Positions 9,854 to 18,958 of a DNA stretch of 64,000 bases are shown piece after piece; the stretch's first letter is position 1, and each line of letters begins with the position of its first letter. The stretch is taken from assembly GCA_023485845.1 (NCBI GenBank), contig JAMCZE010000010.1, positions 156,046 through 220,045 on the forward strand, given 5' to 3'. The notes beneath the pieces were generated by a model. It made no database searches. It was not told the DNA's origin and saw nothing but the letters and a program-made list of their open reading frames with translations. Both the position numbers and the translations under genes were made by a program. This DNA comes from Patescibacteria group bacterium (lineage in GTDB: Bacteria; Patescibacteriota; Microgenomatia; JAMCZE01).

Positions 9854-11698
9854 ATGCGGACTAAATTTTATTTTTATTCAGGCAAGGGCGGGGTTGGCAA
9901 AACTACCATGGCCGCCGCCAGTGCTATTCATTTTGCCGCTTCAGGGAAGAAAACACTCATAATTACCACCGATCCCGCTTCAAATTTGGCCGATGTCTTT
10001 GAACAGCCGATTGGTCACAAAGTCACCTCAATTAAAGGAATACCAAACCTTTACGCGATGGAGCTTGATCCGGATATTGCCACGGCGGAATACAAGGAAA
10101 GAACTCTGGCTCCCCTACGGGGGCTTATCCCCGTTGAAAGTTTTGCCGTTCTTGAAGAGCAACTTAATTCCCCCTGCACCGCGGAAATGGCCGCTTTTGA
10201 CCGTTTCACTGATTTCTTAGGGGAATCGGAATATGAAGTTGTCATCTTTGATACGGCACCGACGGGTCACACTCTCCGACTTTTAGAATTGCCGGTTGAA
10301 TGGAGTGGCGTGATTGAAAAAGCTGCCAATGATGGCAGTGGCGGCCAAACCTGTATCGGTCCGGCAGCCGCCCTTGCCGAGTCCAAGGCGAAATTCGACA
10401 GGGCAATCAACGCTATGCGGGATCCCAGGCAAACTGTTTTTGTTTTTGTCCTAAGACCGGAAGTAACCCCCATATACGAAGCCAAAAGATCAATCGCTGA
10501 ACTCTTAAAATTAAAGATCACTTCACAGGAGCTTATCGTCAACAGCATTTACCCTAAAAGTGCCTGTGACAATCCCTTTATGCTCCGACGTTTTGCTAAG
10601 CAACAGGAGTTTTTGCAAAACATCAAAGATGCTTTTTCCATTCCGATTACCCTAATGGAACTTGAGCCGGGGGAAATAAAAGGCGGAAAACTCCTAACAA
10701 TCATCGGAAAAAAACTTTATGAAAAACCGATTATGCTTGCCGACTACACACCGGAAAAGATTGAAATAAAAGGAGACGGAATCACCAATAAATTTCCTAA
10801 GACCGGTAAAAATATCGTCAGCCTTCTGACCCCGAAAAACGGCAACAGACGAACGATATTTTTCGCCGGGAAAGGTGGTGTCGGCAAAACGTCAGTATCA
10901 GCCGCTACCGCTATTTGGGTCGCTAATCAGGGCTATAAAACTCTGCTTTTAACCACCGATCCGGCTTCCCACCTGGGTCAGATCTTTGAAACAGAAGTAA
11001 CCGATAAACCCACTCCAATTAAAGATCAACCAAACCTTTTTGTTACCAGGATTGATGCCCAAAAAGCCACCCGGGAATATAAGGAAAAAATTCTCGCTGA
11101 AGCCCGCCGGAAGTTTGATCAAAACCGGGTGATGGCCATTGAAGAAGAGCTAAACTCCCCCTGCACGGAAGAGATGGCGACTTTTGAAAAGTTTATTGAG
11201 TTTGCCACACTAAAAGATTTTCAGGTGGTCGTTTTTGACACCGCCCCCACCGGCCACACTCTCCGCCTGTTGGAATTACCGGTTGACTGGAATAAGCAGC
11301 TGGAAATCAAAACCTTTACCTCGACTGGGGAAACCGAGGTGGACAAAATCACTAAATCCCGCTTCAAAGAGGTTATCGACATGATGCAGGACATTGAAAA
11401 AACGACTTTCAGTTTTGTCATGTATCCCGAGTCCACGCCGATTGAGGAAGCCAGCCGGGCAATGAAGGAACTTCTGACCATCGGCGTCCCAACGGGACTG
11501 GTGGTAGCTAACTTTATTCTGCCGGATTCGATTGTTACCAATGACTACCTTAAGAAGCGTAAGGCGATGCAGGACAAATACCTTAAAGAGATGGATACCC
11601 GCTTTACCGCTCCCATTGTAAAGCTGTCTCTTCTGCCTGATGATTTAATTGGCAAAGATAAATTAGAAGAAGCCGGTTATTTACTTTATGGAAAATAA
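9854..11698 (+). CDS. arsA: Arsenical pump-driving ATPase
   Basis: Two GKGGVGKT, two DTAPTGH; metalloid-site Cys in SPCT, TCIGP, SPCT. Confidence 0.95.
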   Translation: MRTKFYFYSGKGGVGKTTMAAASAIHFAASGKKTLIITTDPASNLADVFEQPIGHKVTSIKGIPNLYAMELDPDIATAEYKERTLAPLRGLIPVESFAVLEEQLNSPCTAEMAAFDRFTDFLGESEYEVVIFDTAPTGHTLRLLELPVEWSGVIEKAANDGSGGQTCIGPAAALAESKAKFDRAINAMRDPRQTVFVFVLRPEVTPIYEAKRSIAELLKLKITSQELIVNSIYPKSACDNPFMLRRFAKQQEFLQNIKDAFSIPITLMELEPGEIKGGKLLTIIGKKLYEKPIMLADYTPEKIEIKGDGITNKFPKTGKNIVSLLTPKNGNRRTIFFAGKGGVGKTSVSAATAIWVANQGYKTLLLTTDPASHLGQIFETEVTDKPTPIKDQPNLFVTRIDAQKATREYKEKILAEARRKFDQNRVMAIEEELNSPCTEEMATFEKFIEFATLKDFQVVVFDTAPTGHTLRLLELPVDWNKQLEIKTFTSTGETEVDKITKSRFKEVIDMMQDIEKTTFSFVMYPESTPIEEASRAMKELLTIGVPTGLVVANFILPDSIVTNDYLKKRKAMQDKYLKEMDTRFTAPIVKLSLLPDDLIGKDKLEEAGYLLYGK

Positions 11699-12059
11699 TA
11701 TGAACGATTTTAATCAAAAGGTTAATGATTTTACTACCCTTATTCTGGAAACCCCCGAGTTTGCAGAACTCAAAGCAGCCACAGAAGAATTAAAAAAAGA
11801 TCCAAAGGCGACAAAACTAATAGACGACGTTCAAGCTAAAAAAGAAACAGTTATGACTTTACAGCAAACTGGATTACCAGTTTCCAAAAACCAGGAGCTT
11901 GATTTACAAGATGCTTTTGCCAACATGCGTTCCAACCCTACCTGTATGCGGCTTATTAAAGCCCAAAACGCTGCTATCCAAATAGCTAGAAAAGTATGCA
12001 ATCGGTTGACAGTGGCAACGGGAATACCCTTCTCCAGGGGCGGCGGTTGTTGCGGATAA
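11688..12059 (+). CDS. YlbF/YmcA-like helical protein with C-terminal GGGCCG
   Basis: ILETPEFAELKAATEELKKDPKA pattern; overlaps arsA stop. Confidence 0.65.
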   Translation: MENNMNDFNQKVNDFTTLILETPEFAELKAATEELKKDPKATKLIDDVQAKKETVMTLQQTGLPVSKNQELDLQDAFANMRSNPTCMRLIKAQNAAIQIARKVCNRLTVATGIPFSRGGGCCG

Positions 12060-12063
12060 TTTT

Positions 12064-12546
12064 ATGCACAAATTTTATAAACTCCAATCGTTAGTTCTGC
12101 TCGCCGGGACAATTTTTGTCTGGTTCACGGTTTATACTGATTTCAGTCGATTTTATAAATTCTATGGCTCTTTAACCCGTATACAAAATTGCGTTATCCC
12201 CAACCCCATAACTACGCCATGTTTTTATGGTGCCTTTGCTTTCTTAATTGCTTTTATTTGGTCACTGTTTATCCTCAAAAAGAAAGTTGAAGAAAGATTG
12301 CCCCAGGAAATTAAACTAAGAATCCTTTTGATCGCTTCTACAATTTTCGCTTGGAGCAACTTTTTCTTGGGAATCAATCAATATTATTCTGCTATAAGCG
12401 GCCCAAAAGTTTCTTGTTCCGGAGTACCGACAAATAACCCCATTCTCACTGCTTGTTTTTTTGGTTCGATTATATTTTTGATAGCTCTTGCCGTTTCAAT
12501 AACTATTATCCGTAGCAATAGGCATTCTGCTGATAGTAGTTGCTAA
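12064..12546 (+). CDS. Four-TM membrane protein with two Cys pairs
   Basis: Internal duplication CVIPNPITTPCFYG / CSGVPTNNPILTACFFG. Confidence 0.75.
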   Translation: MHKFYKLQSLVLLAGTIFVWFTVYTDFSRFYKFYGSLTRIQNCVIPNPITTPCFYGAFAFLIAFIWSLFILKKKVEERLPQEIKLRILLIASTIFAWSNFFLGINQYYSAISGPKVSCSGVPTNNPILTACFFGSIIFLIALAVSITIIRSNRHSADSSC

Positions 12547-12587
12547 CGTAGTTCACTAGGGACTGCCATTTTTCTAGGCACGATTTT
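12538..12587 (+). repeat. Direct repeat Y, copy 1
   Basis: 44/50 identical to 13817-13866. Confidence 0.9.
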
Positions 12588-12596
12588 AATATCAAA

Positions 12597-13775
12597 CTAC
12601 ATTAGGCCCGCAAAAGGAATCGAACTAATAAAACTTTTTTCCAGAATATCTAGCCCTCTATTTAAGTTTCTATTGCTAATTATCGCTGGTGGAAAAATAT
12701 CAATTACTCTTTCGTTAAGAGCCTCAATAACTAGCCCGTTTTCCAAACATTTATCAGCTATTTTCTTGGCCAATCCGTCTCGTTCAAACTCTATGAATGT
12801 TGCTAAACCTTTGCTGCGAATAGTACTCCCACTGGGTAAGTTCATACTTAAAAGTCTTTTATTAATAATTAAATTTAGTGAATTTACTTTTCCCAAAATA
12901 CTTTGTTTGTTTTTTAAAAAGTATTTTAGATATGCTAGCGTGATATCCACGTTAAGTGGTTGCCATGCAAATGTTGAATAATAGCTAAATTCAAATTCCA
13001 TCGTTTTCGCCAGTTTTTGATTCATAAGAGTTGCTCCTAAAACGGCATTCCCACCCGTTAATCCCTTTCCCAAACAAACAATATCTGGGAACAAATCAAA
13101 GTATTCTGAAGCAAACATTTTACCCGTTCGACCAAACCCTGTAGCTACCTCATCAATGATAAAAACAGTGCCATATTTTTTACAGGATTCCTGAACTAAT
13201 TGAAAATATTCTTTGCTTGGCTCAACTAGTCCGTTATTAAATATAAACGGTTCGGAAATGTAAGCAGCAATATCTCCCTTATTTATTCTATTAGCTACTT
13301 TTTGTCCAATTTTTCTATCTAGCTGCCCTTTAACCTTTTCGCAGGGCCACAAATGCGGAAATAAATCTTTGTAATGGGAAAACCCTACACTTAAAGCGGC
13401 TAATGAGTGACCATGATATCCTTCTGGAGAAATAAATTTCGATCTCTTAGTATGAAGGATTGCCGCTTGGAGAGCAATTTCGACAGCTTCGGTACCACCT
13501 GTTGCCCGAAAGACCTTTCCCATTTTTCCCGGCGCAATAGAAATCAGTAACTTAGCCAATTCTTCCCATGGTTCGTAAGAGAAGTTTGGATCAACGTAGG
13601 TCGGGCCAAGAAAGTTTTTTCTGGCACTTTGTACTTCCGGGAGACTCCAACCTAAGATACCGCACCAGTTAGTAGAGAAATCAATATATTTCTTGCCAGA
13701 AACGTCGAACAAGTTCTCCCCCTTGGCAGATTTAACATTAATTCTTCTTGCCGGAACATCTCGACCTAAATACAT
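12597..13775 (-). CDS. Class III PLP-dependent aminotransferase
   Basis: GTEAVE, YHG, IIDEVATGFGRTG, LGKGLTGG. Confidence 0.92.
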   Translation of the reverse strand: MYLGRDVPARRINVKSAKGENLFDVSGKKYIDFSTNWCGILGWSLPEVQSARKNFLGPTYVDPNFSYEPWEELAKLLISIAPGKMGKVFRATGGTEAVEIALQAAILHTKRSKFISPEGYHGHSLAALSVGFSHYKDLFPHLWPCEKVKGQLDRKIGQKVANRINKGDIAAYISEPFIFNNGLVEPSKEYFQLVQESCKKYGTVFIIDEVATGFGRTGKMFASEYFDLFPDIVCLGKGLTGGNAVLGATLMNQKLAKTMEFEFSYYSTFAWQPLNVDITLAYLKYFLKNKQSILGKVNSLNLIINKRLLSMNLPSGSTIRSKGLATFIEFERDGLAKKIADKCLENGLVIEALNERVIDIFPPAIISNRNLNRGLDILEKSFISSIPFAGLM

Positions 13776-13816
13776 AAATCACAATAAGGCCTATTCTATC
13801 ATTTACCTTGGTAACA

Positions 13817-13866
13817 AGTTGCTGACATAGTTTATTAGGGTCTGCCAATTTTCTAGGCACGATTTT
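13817..13866 (+). repeat. Direct repeat Y, copy 2
   Basis: 44/50 identical to 12538-12587. Confidence 0.9.
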
Positions 13867-13906
13867 CGTAACAAACAACGTCAGACCCGCAAGAGGAATC
13901 GGACTT

Positions 13907-14620
13907 CTAAAAATTTTTACCAGTTCTGGAGATTTCGTCAATGAAACTTAAATTACCTTTAAAGGCTTTAACGATATTGATTTCTCTCATGAAAGCTTCC
14001 TTTGTCTGAAACGGTTTCGTGATGTAATTTTCTACTTCTGCTGCCTTAACCCACTCGTATTTACCTTCCTCACTTTCTACTAATTTACCTTCTGGATTTC
14101 TGAAAACGCATAACGCCAATAATAAATCGTCAAGTAATTCGCTCGTGGCTTCGTCAAGCGTGCAGTAGTGTAAAATTGCCACCACTTCCGGCTCACCGTT
14201 TAATCCTGTTTCTTCAAATAACTCTCTTTTCGCTGCGTCACCAAATCTTTCACCTAATTCCACTTTCCCTGCGGGAAAACCCTGACAACCATAAAATGGG
14301 TGTTTTAATCTAGTGTAAAGTAAAAACTTGGCGCCTTCCTTTTCTTCTTTTACACAGCACACTGCTACCCCAATTTTTGCTTGCTGGCGAATAGTTGCTT
14401 CCCCCAAATCCATACGTGCAGCAAATTTTTTCCCTTGTGTTGTTAAATAATATTTTCCGTCGTTTTTTTGAATACGACCTAATTTAATAAGCTGGTCCAA
14501 ATGAAACTGAAACTGGTTATTACCCATATCTTTATCTGGCTTAAGCTTGGTATAAGAGAGAGGCTGTTCGAAGGCAAGTTTCTTAATTATCTCAAGTTGG
14601 GTCTTATGTATATTCTCCAT
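13907..14620 (-). CDS. Winged-helix plus NUDIX hydrolase
   Basis: N-terminal wHTH; GKVELGERFGDAAKRELFEETGL Nudix box. Confidence 0.9.
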   Translation of the reverse strand: MENIHKTQLEIIKKLAFEQPLSYTKLKPDKDMGNNQFQFHLDQLIKLGRIQKNDGKYYLTTQGKKFAARMDLGEATIRQQAKIGVAVCCVKEEKEGAKFLLYTRLKHPFYGCQGFPAGKVELGERFGDAAKRELFEETGLNGEPEVVAILHYCTLDEATSELLDDLLLALCVFRNPEGKLVESEEGKYEWVKAAEVENYITKPFQTKEAFMREINIVKAFKGNLSFIDEISRTGKNF

Positions 14621-14770
14621 ATAAAGGGATTATACCTTGCTAGCAGCTCATTTCTAGTCTAGCCTTATTGACTACGCAGAAGATACTAGAACCGCCCTGC
14701 ATTTTCTTGGTAGTAGTTACTACTACAGTTCACTGGGATCTACTTGTGCAAGCATTACACAACTATAAAC

Positions 14771-14812
14771 TTTTGAGCACAATAAGTTCGAATGTGTTCC
14801 ATCCAGGGCTGC
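14771..14812 (+). repeat. Direct repeat X, copy 2
   Basis: 36/42 identical to 8977-9018; continues CAATTTTC like repeat Y. Confidence 0.8.
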
Positions 14813-14889
14813 CAATTTTCACTTTCAGAGTATTTAGCTACTATGTTGAATGGTACTGTCAAGTACCCCTTTTGTTGCACACTCTTTCT

Positions 14890-15726
14890 CTAAACCCGGC
14901 TTAGAAATTTTGCCTTGAATTTGACCGGGGAAGTCTTGAGCTTGGTGTGGATCCTCTCGTGGTTGTAATAGTTGATGGTTTTGTGAATAGCCTCCACAAA
15001 CTCGCCGATCGTCTCAAATCTTTCAAATTCCAATCCTAAGTCTGTTTTAAAGTTGTCGTAGAAGGATTCCTGGTAACCGTTCTCCCAAGGACTGGCTTTA
15101 GCAGACATGCTCACCTGGATTCCCAGGCCTTCTAAAAAGTTGGTGTAATCCTTCGAGTTGTACTCGGCTCCCTGATCAGTGTGAGCCACTACTGGTTTAC
15201 CCACTGTTTTAATGGCATCCAAGAAAGCCTCAAGAACCAACTCTGTAGTGTGCCTGGTGGAAATTGACCAGCCAACAATTTCCCGGGTAAACAGATCCAT
15301 AAAAGTGGCTAGGTAAATAATCCTCTGGTTCCAGGCTAGCCGGGTAAAATCCCCGGCAAAATAGACTCGGGGTTTGATGGGACAACTACCCTTAATTAGA
15401 TTGGGAAACTTTGACAGTGGATTTCCCCAATCTTTCTTTTTTGTCCACCTGGCCTTTCTCTTGTAGGGTTTAATCCCAAATAATTTCATCACTCGTCTGA
15501 CTCGTTTCTTCCCGATTTCCAAAGCCAAAGCTACTCTCCGGTGGCCATAACTAGGATTAGTTTCCAAGATCTTAAGGATTTGCTCTTTTAGAGCCGAATC
15601 TTTTGTCCCTTGCCTAAGGTTGTCGGTGTAAAGATTTCTTCGGGAGATGCCCAAAGAATTGGAAATAAGGGACTTGGGTATTTGAGGAAGCTTGGCTTCG
15701 ACAATTTTACCTAAGTTTCTTTTTTT
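14890..15726 (-). CDS. IS3 OrfB DDE transposase (frame opens inside A9 run)
   Basis: YGHRRV, GDFT, HTDQG, QESF, YYNHERIH. Confidence 0.92.
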   Translation of the reverse strand, partial: KKRNLGKIVEAKLPQIPKSLISNSLGISRRNLYTDNLRQGTKDSALKEQILKILETNPSYGHRRVALALEIGKKRVRRVMKLFGIKPYKRKARWTKKKDWGNPLSKFPNLIKGSCPIKPRVYFAGDFTRLAWNQRIIYLATFMDLFTREIVGWSISTRHTTELVLEAFLDAIKTVGKPVVAHTDQGAEYNSKDYTNFLEGLGIQVSMSAKASPWENGYQESFYDNFKTDLGLEFERFETIGEFVEAIHKTINYYNHERIHTKLKTSPVKFKAKFLSRV

Positions 15727-15961
15727 TTACCTTCTCCACTTCCAGAGACAAAACCCCAATGATCTCCTTTAGTTGCCGGTTCTCTTTTTTAAGTCTCAGG
15801 TGCTCAATCCAGCTGACTTTGTTGGTGGTGTTCCACCTAAGCCAGCCATAAATGGTTTTGGGGGAGATTCCGTAAGTTTGGGCCAGAGTGGCGGCAGATT
15901 CCCCGGATTTAATCTTGGCCAGGACCTCCTCTTTGACCTCTTTGGCAATAGCGGTTTTCAA
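15707..15961 (-). CDS. IS3 OrfA (HTH and zipper)
   Basis: LAQTYGISPKTIYGW, LKKENRQLKEII; GGGGGTGA RBS before TTG. Confidence 0.9.
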   Translation of the reverse strand: MKTAIAKEVKEEVLAKIKSGESAATLAQTYGISPKTIYGWLRWNTTNKVSWIEHLRLKKENRQLKEIIGVLSLEVEKVKKKKLR

Positions 15962-16011
15962 AAATATTCACCCCCTTAAATAAGTGTCCTTAGTTTACAG
16001 ACACTGTGTGC

Positions 16012-16040
16012 ATTTTAAGGGGTACCTGTCCTACTGTCAA
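16012..16040 (-). promoter_or_regulatory. IS3 junction promoter (Pjunc)
   Basis: TTGACA from IRR of copy 2, 17-nt spacer, TAAAAT from IRL of copy 1. Confidence 0.85.
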
Positions 16041-16067
16041 GTACCCCTTTTGTTGCACACTCTTTCT

Positions 16068-16904
16068 CTAAACCCGGCTTAGAAATTTTGCCTTGAATTT
16101 GACCGGGGAAGTCTTGAGCTTGGTGTGGATCCTCTCGTGGTTGTAATAGTTGATGGTTTTGTGAATAGCCTCCACAAACTCGCCGATCGTCTCAAATCTT
16201 TCAAATTCCAATCCTAAGTCTGTTTTAAAGTTGTCGTAGAAGGATTCCTGGTAACCGTTCTCCCAAGGACTGGCTTTAGCAGACATGCTCACCTGGATTC
16301 CCAGGCCTTCTAAAAAGTTGGTGTAATCCTTCGAGTTGTACTCGGCTCCCTGATCAGTGTGAGCCACTACTGGTTTACCCACTGTTTTAATGGCATCCAA
16401 GAAAGCCTCAAGAACCAACTCTGTAGTGTGCCTGGTGGAAATTGACCAGCCAACAATTTCCCGGGTAAACAGATCCATAAAAGTGGCTAGGTAAATAATC
16501 CTCTGGTTCCAGGCTAGCCGGGTAAAATCCCCGGCAAAATAGACTCGGGGTTTGATGGGACAACTACCCTTAATTAGATTGGGAAACTTTGACAGTGGAT
16601 TTCCCCAATCTTTCTTTTTTGTCCACCTGGCCTTTCTCTTGTAGGGTTTAATCCCAAATAATTTCATCACTCGTCTGACTCGTTTCTTCCCGATTTCCAA
16701 AGCCAAAGCTACTCTCCGGTGGCCATAACTAGGATTAGTTTCCAAGATCTTAAGGATTTGCTCTTTTAGAGCCGAATCTTTTGTCCCTTGCCTAAGGTTG
16801 TCGGTGTAAAGATTTCTTCGGGAGATGCCCAAAGAATTGGAAATAAGGGACTTGGGTATTTGAGGAAGCTTGGCTTCGACAATTTTACCTAAGTTTCTTT
16901 TTTT
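16068..16904 (-). CDS. IS3 OrfB DDE transposase
   Basis: Identical protein to copy 1. Confidence 0.92.
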   Translation of the reverse strand, partial: KKRNLGKIVEAKLPQIPKSLISNSLGISRRNLYTDNLRQGTKDSALKEQILKILETNPSYGHRRVALALEIGKKRVRRVMKLFGIKPYKRKARWTKKKDWGNPLSKFPNLIKGSCPIKPRVYFAGDFTRLAWNQRIIYLATFMDLFTREIVGWSISTRHTTELVLEAFLDAIKTVGKPVVAHTDQGAEYNSKDYTNFLEGLGIQVSMSAKASPWENGYQESFYDNFKTDLGLEFERFETIGEFVEAIHKTINYYNHERIHTKLKTSPVKFKAKFLSRV

Positions 16905-17139
16905 TTACCTTCTCCACTTCCAGAGACAAAACCCCAATGATCTCCTTTAGTTGCCGGTTCTCTTTTTTAAGTCTCAGGTGCTCAATCCAGCTGACTTTGT
17001 TGGTGGTGTTCCACCTAAGCCAGCCATAAATGGTTTTGGGGGAGATTCCGTAAGTTTGGGCCAGAGTGGCGGCAGATTCCCCGGATTTAATCTTGGCCAG
17101 GACCTCCTCTTTGACCTCTTTGGCAATAGCGGTTTTCAA
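16885..17139 (-). CDS. IS3 OrfA
   Basis: Identical protein to copy 1. Confidence 0.9.
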   Translation of the reverse strand: MKTAIAKEVKEEVLAKIKSGESAATLAQTYGISPKTIYGWLRWNTTNKVSWIEHLRLKKENRQLKEIIGVLSLEVEKVKKKKLR

Positions 17140-17332
17140 AAATATTCACCCCCTTAAATAAGTGTCCTTAGTTTACAGACACTGTGTGCATTTTAAGGGG
17201 TACCTGTCCACTTTATAAAGATAATGCAACCATAAGGCAAGCGGATTTCCCATTGTTAATTGATGTTTTTTTTGAAAATGCTAAGCCTAATATCCAAAAA
17301 CTTTTGGCTGTAGAAGCAGAAATTATTAGAGA

Positions 17333-17873
17333 GTGACACTCCTCGCAGCAAGCTGCGAGGCATCTGCATTGCTAAAATAGCCTGAGTTGGTCTTTTGATA
17401 TTTGGACATAGTCTTTTGGTCTTCCTTGGTTTCTGATGTACTTTTGGATGACTGTCTCAGAATTGCTTCGTCCTACTGAATTTACGAAATACCCGTCAGT
17501 CCAAAACTGGGCTCCCCAAAGGCTTTCCCTCAACCCGGCAACTCGTTTGAGAAGTTCCCGGGCCAGGATACTTTTGACCGTTCTGGCAATTTTGGTAGGA
17601 GAATATGTAGGCACTGACTGGATCAAAAAATGGACATGATCACCGTCGGCCCCAATCTCCACAAAATGCATCTCGTACCTTTGGGAAATTTCCTGACAGA
17701 TCTGTTTTAGTTGGGCATCCACCTCTGTCGAGATCACGAGTTGCCTTCCCTTGGCCACACAAACCAGATGGTACAAAAGCACCGAGACATTGTGCGCTTT
17801 GTGTATGTAGATACTCACGCATACAATTTTACCCTCTCGCGGCAAAGCCGCGGGGAATGAACCCTAAAAGAGA
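17333..17873 (-). mobile_element. IS200-type element, copy 2
   Basis: 541 bp matching copy 1; 3' of TGAA. Confidence 0.95.
17372..17818 (-). CDS. tnpA: Y1 HUH transposase
   Basis: Identical protein to copy 1. Confidence 0.95.
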   Translation of the reverse strand: MSIYIHKAHNVSVLLYHLVCVAKGRQLVISTEVDAQLKQICQEISQRYEMHFVEIGADGDHVHFLIQSVPTYSPTKIARTVKSILARELLKRVAGLRESLWGAQFWTDGYFVNSVGRSNSETVIQKYIRNQGRPKDYVQISKDQLRLF

Positions 17874-17899
17874 TTCACAATCTTAAAATAGCTTTTAAT

Positions 17900-18355
17900 T
17901 CAGATAACCAGTTTTGCAAAAAGACTTTTGGAGGGAGGCGTGAGTTTAACCTTTGCTAATTCTTCAAGAGTAAACCATTTGTATTCTGACAATTCATCAT
18001 CAAGCTGAACTTTTACCTCACTGCTATTTCTATCATTGATGTCAATTCGATAGACGTTGAAATGCATTTCAACAAGAACCCTCTCATTTGTGTCCTTTAA
18101 GGTTTTTTCTGATGTTCCCGTTCCCTCATCATTAACAAGTTCAGTTGCGTACCCTTCAACCTCTAACCCTATTTCTTCTTTCAGTTCTCTTCTTAATGCC
18201 TGAGTCTTGTTTTCGCCTTGATCCACACCTCCTCCTGGAATATGCCAGCAATCAATATAAACTCCACCGCCAGTTGGATTCTTTTTTACCATCAATAATC
18301 TTTTATCTTTTGAAAAAAGTAAGCCCGATACAATTTCTCTCTTGATCGTTCTCAT
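17900..18355 (-). CDS. NUDIX hydrolase
   Basis: PGGGVDQGENKTQALRRELKEEIGL. Confidence 0.92.
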   Translation of the reverse strand: MRTIKREIVSGLLFSKDKRLLMVKKNPTGGGVYIDCWHIPGGGVDQGENKTQALRRELKEEIGLEVEGYATELVNDEGTGTSEKTLKDTNERVLVEMHFNVYRIDINDRNSSEVKVQLDDELSEYKWFTLEELAKVKLTPPSKSLFAKLVI

Positions 18356-18380
18356 ATTATTTCTTTACGTTGTAATGTAA

Positions 18381-18921
18381 GTGACACTCCTCGCAGCAAG
18401 CTGCGAGGCATCTGCATTGCTAAAATAGCCTGAGTTGGTCTTTTGATATTTGGACATAGTCTTTTGGTCTTCCTTGGTTTCTGATGTACTTTTGGATGAC
18501 TGTCTCAGAATTGCTTCGTCCTACTGAATTTACGAAATACCCGTCAGTCCAAAACTGGGCTCCCCAAAGGCTTTCCCTCAACCCGGCAACTCGTTTGAGA
18601 AGTTCCCGGGCCAGGATACTTTTGACCGTTCTGGCAATTTTGGTAGGAGAATATGTAGGCACTGACTGGATCAAAAAATGGACATGATCACCGTCGGCCC
18701 CAATCTCCACAAAATGCATCTCGTACCTTTGGGAAATTTCCTGACAGATCTGTTTTAGTTGGGCATCCACCTCTGTCGAGATCACGAGTTGCCTTCCCTT
18801 GGCCACACAAACCAGATGGTACAAAAGCACCGAGACATTGTGCGCTTTGTGTATGTAGATACTCACGCATACAATTTTACCCTCTCGCGGCAAAGCCGCG
18901 GGGAATGAACCCTAAAAGAGA
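18381..18921 (-). mobile_element. IS200-type element, copy 3
   Basis: 541 bp matching copy 1; 3' of TGAA. Confidence 0.95.
18420..18866 (-). CDS. tnpA: Y1 HUH transposase
   Basis: Identical protein to copy 1. Confidence 0.95.
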   Translation of the reverse strand: MSIYIHKAHNVSVLLYHLVCVAKGRQLVISTEVDAQLKQICQEISQRYEMHFVEIGADGDHVHFLIQSVPTYSPTKIARTVKSILARELLKRVAGLRESLWGAQFWTDGYFVNSVGRSNSETVIQKYIRNQGRPKDYVQISKDQLRLF

Positions 18922-18958
18922 TTCAGGAATGGGAAGCACAAGGAGGATTTAATAAGAA

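Larger units (their letters stand above)
14857..16031 (-). mobile_element. IS3-family element, copy 1 (1175 bp)
   Basis: Imperfect terminal IRs TGTCAAGTACCCCTT / GGACAGGTACCCCTT; flanked by TAC on both sides. Confidence 0.93.
16035..17209 (-). mobile_element. IS3-family element, copy 2 (1175 bp)
   Basis: Same sequence and proteins as copy 1; 3-bp spacer. Confidence 0.93.
14822..17886 (+). pseudogene. Possible gene remnant hit by both the IS3 dimer and IS200 copy 2
   Basis: Removing both insertions without duplication reads LSEYLATMLNGTLYKDNATIRQADFPLLIDVFF...EIIRDSQS*. Confidence 0.35.

Noticed and set aside
12538-13866. Integron attC sites
   Set aside because: No long imperfect palindrome with R boxes and no intI in the window
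14668-14904. 78-aa ORF
   Set aside because: Crosses repeat X and the IS end; likely spurious
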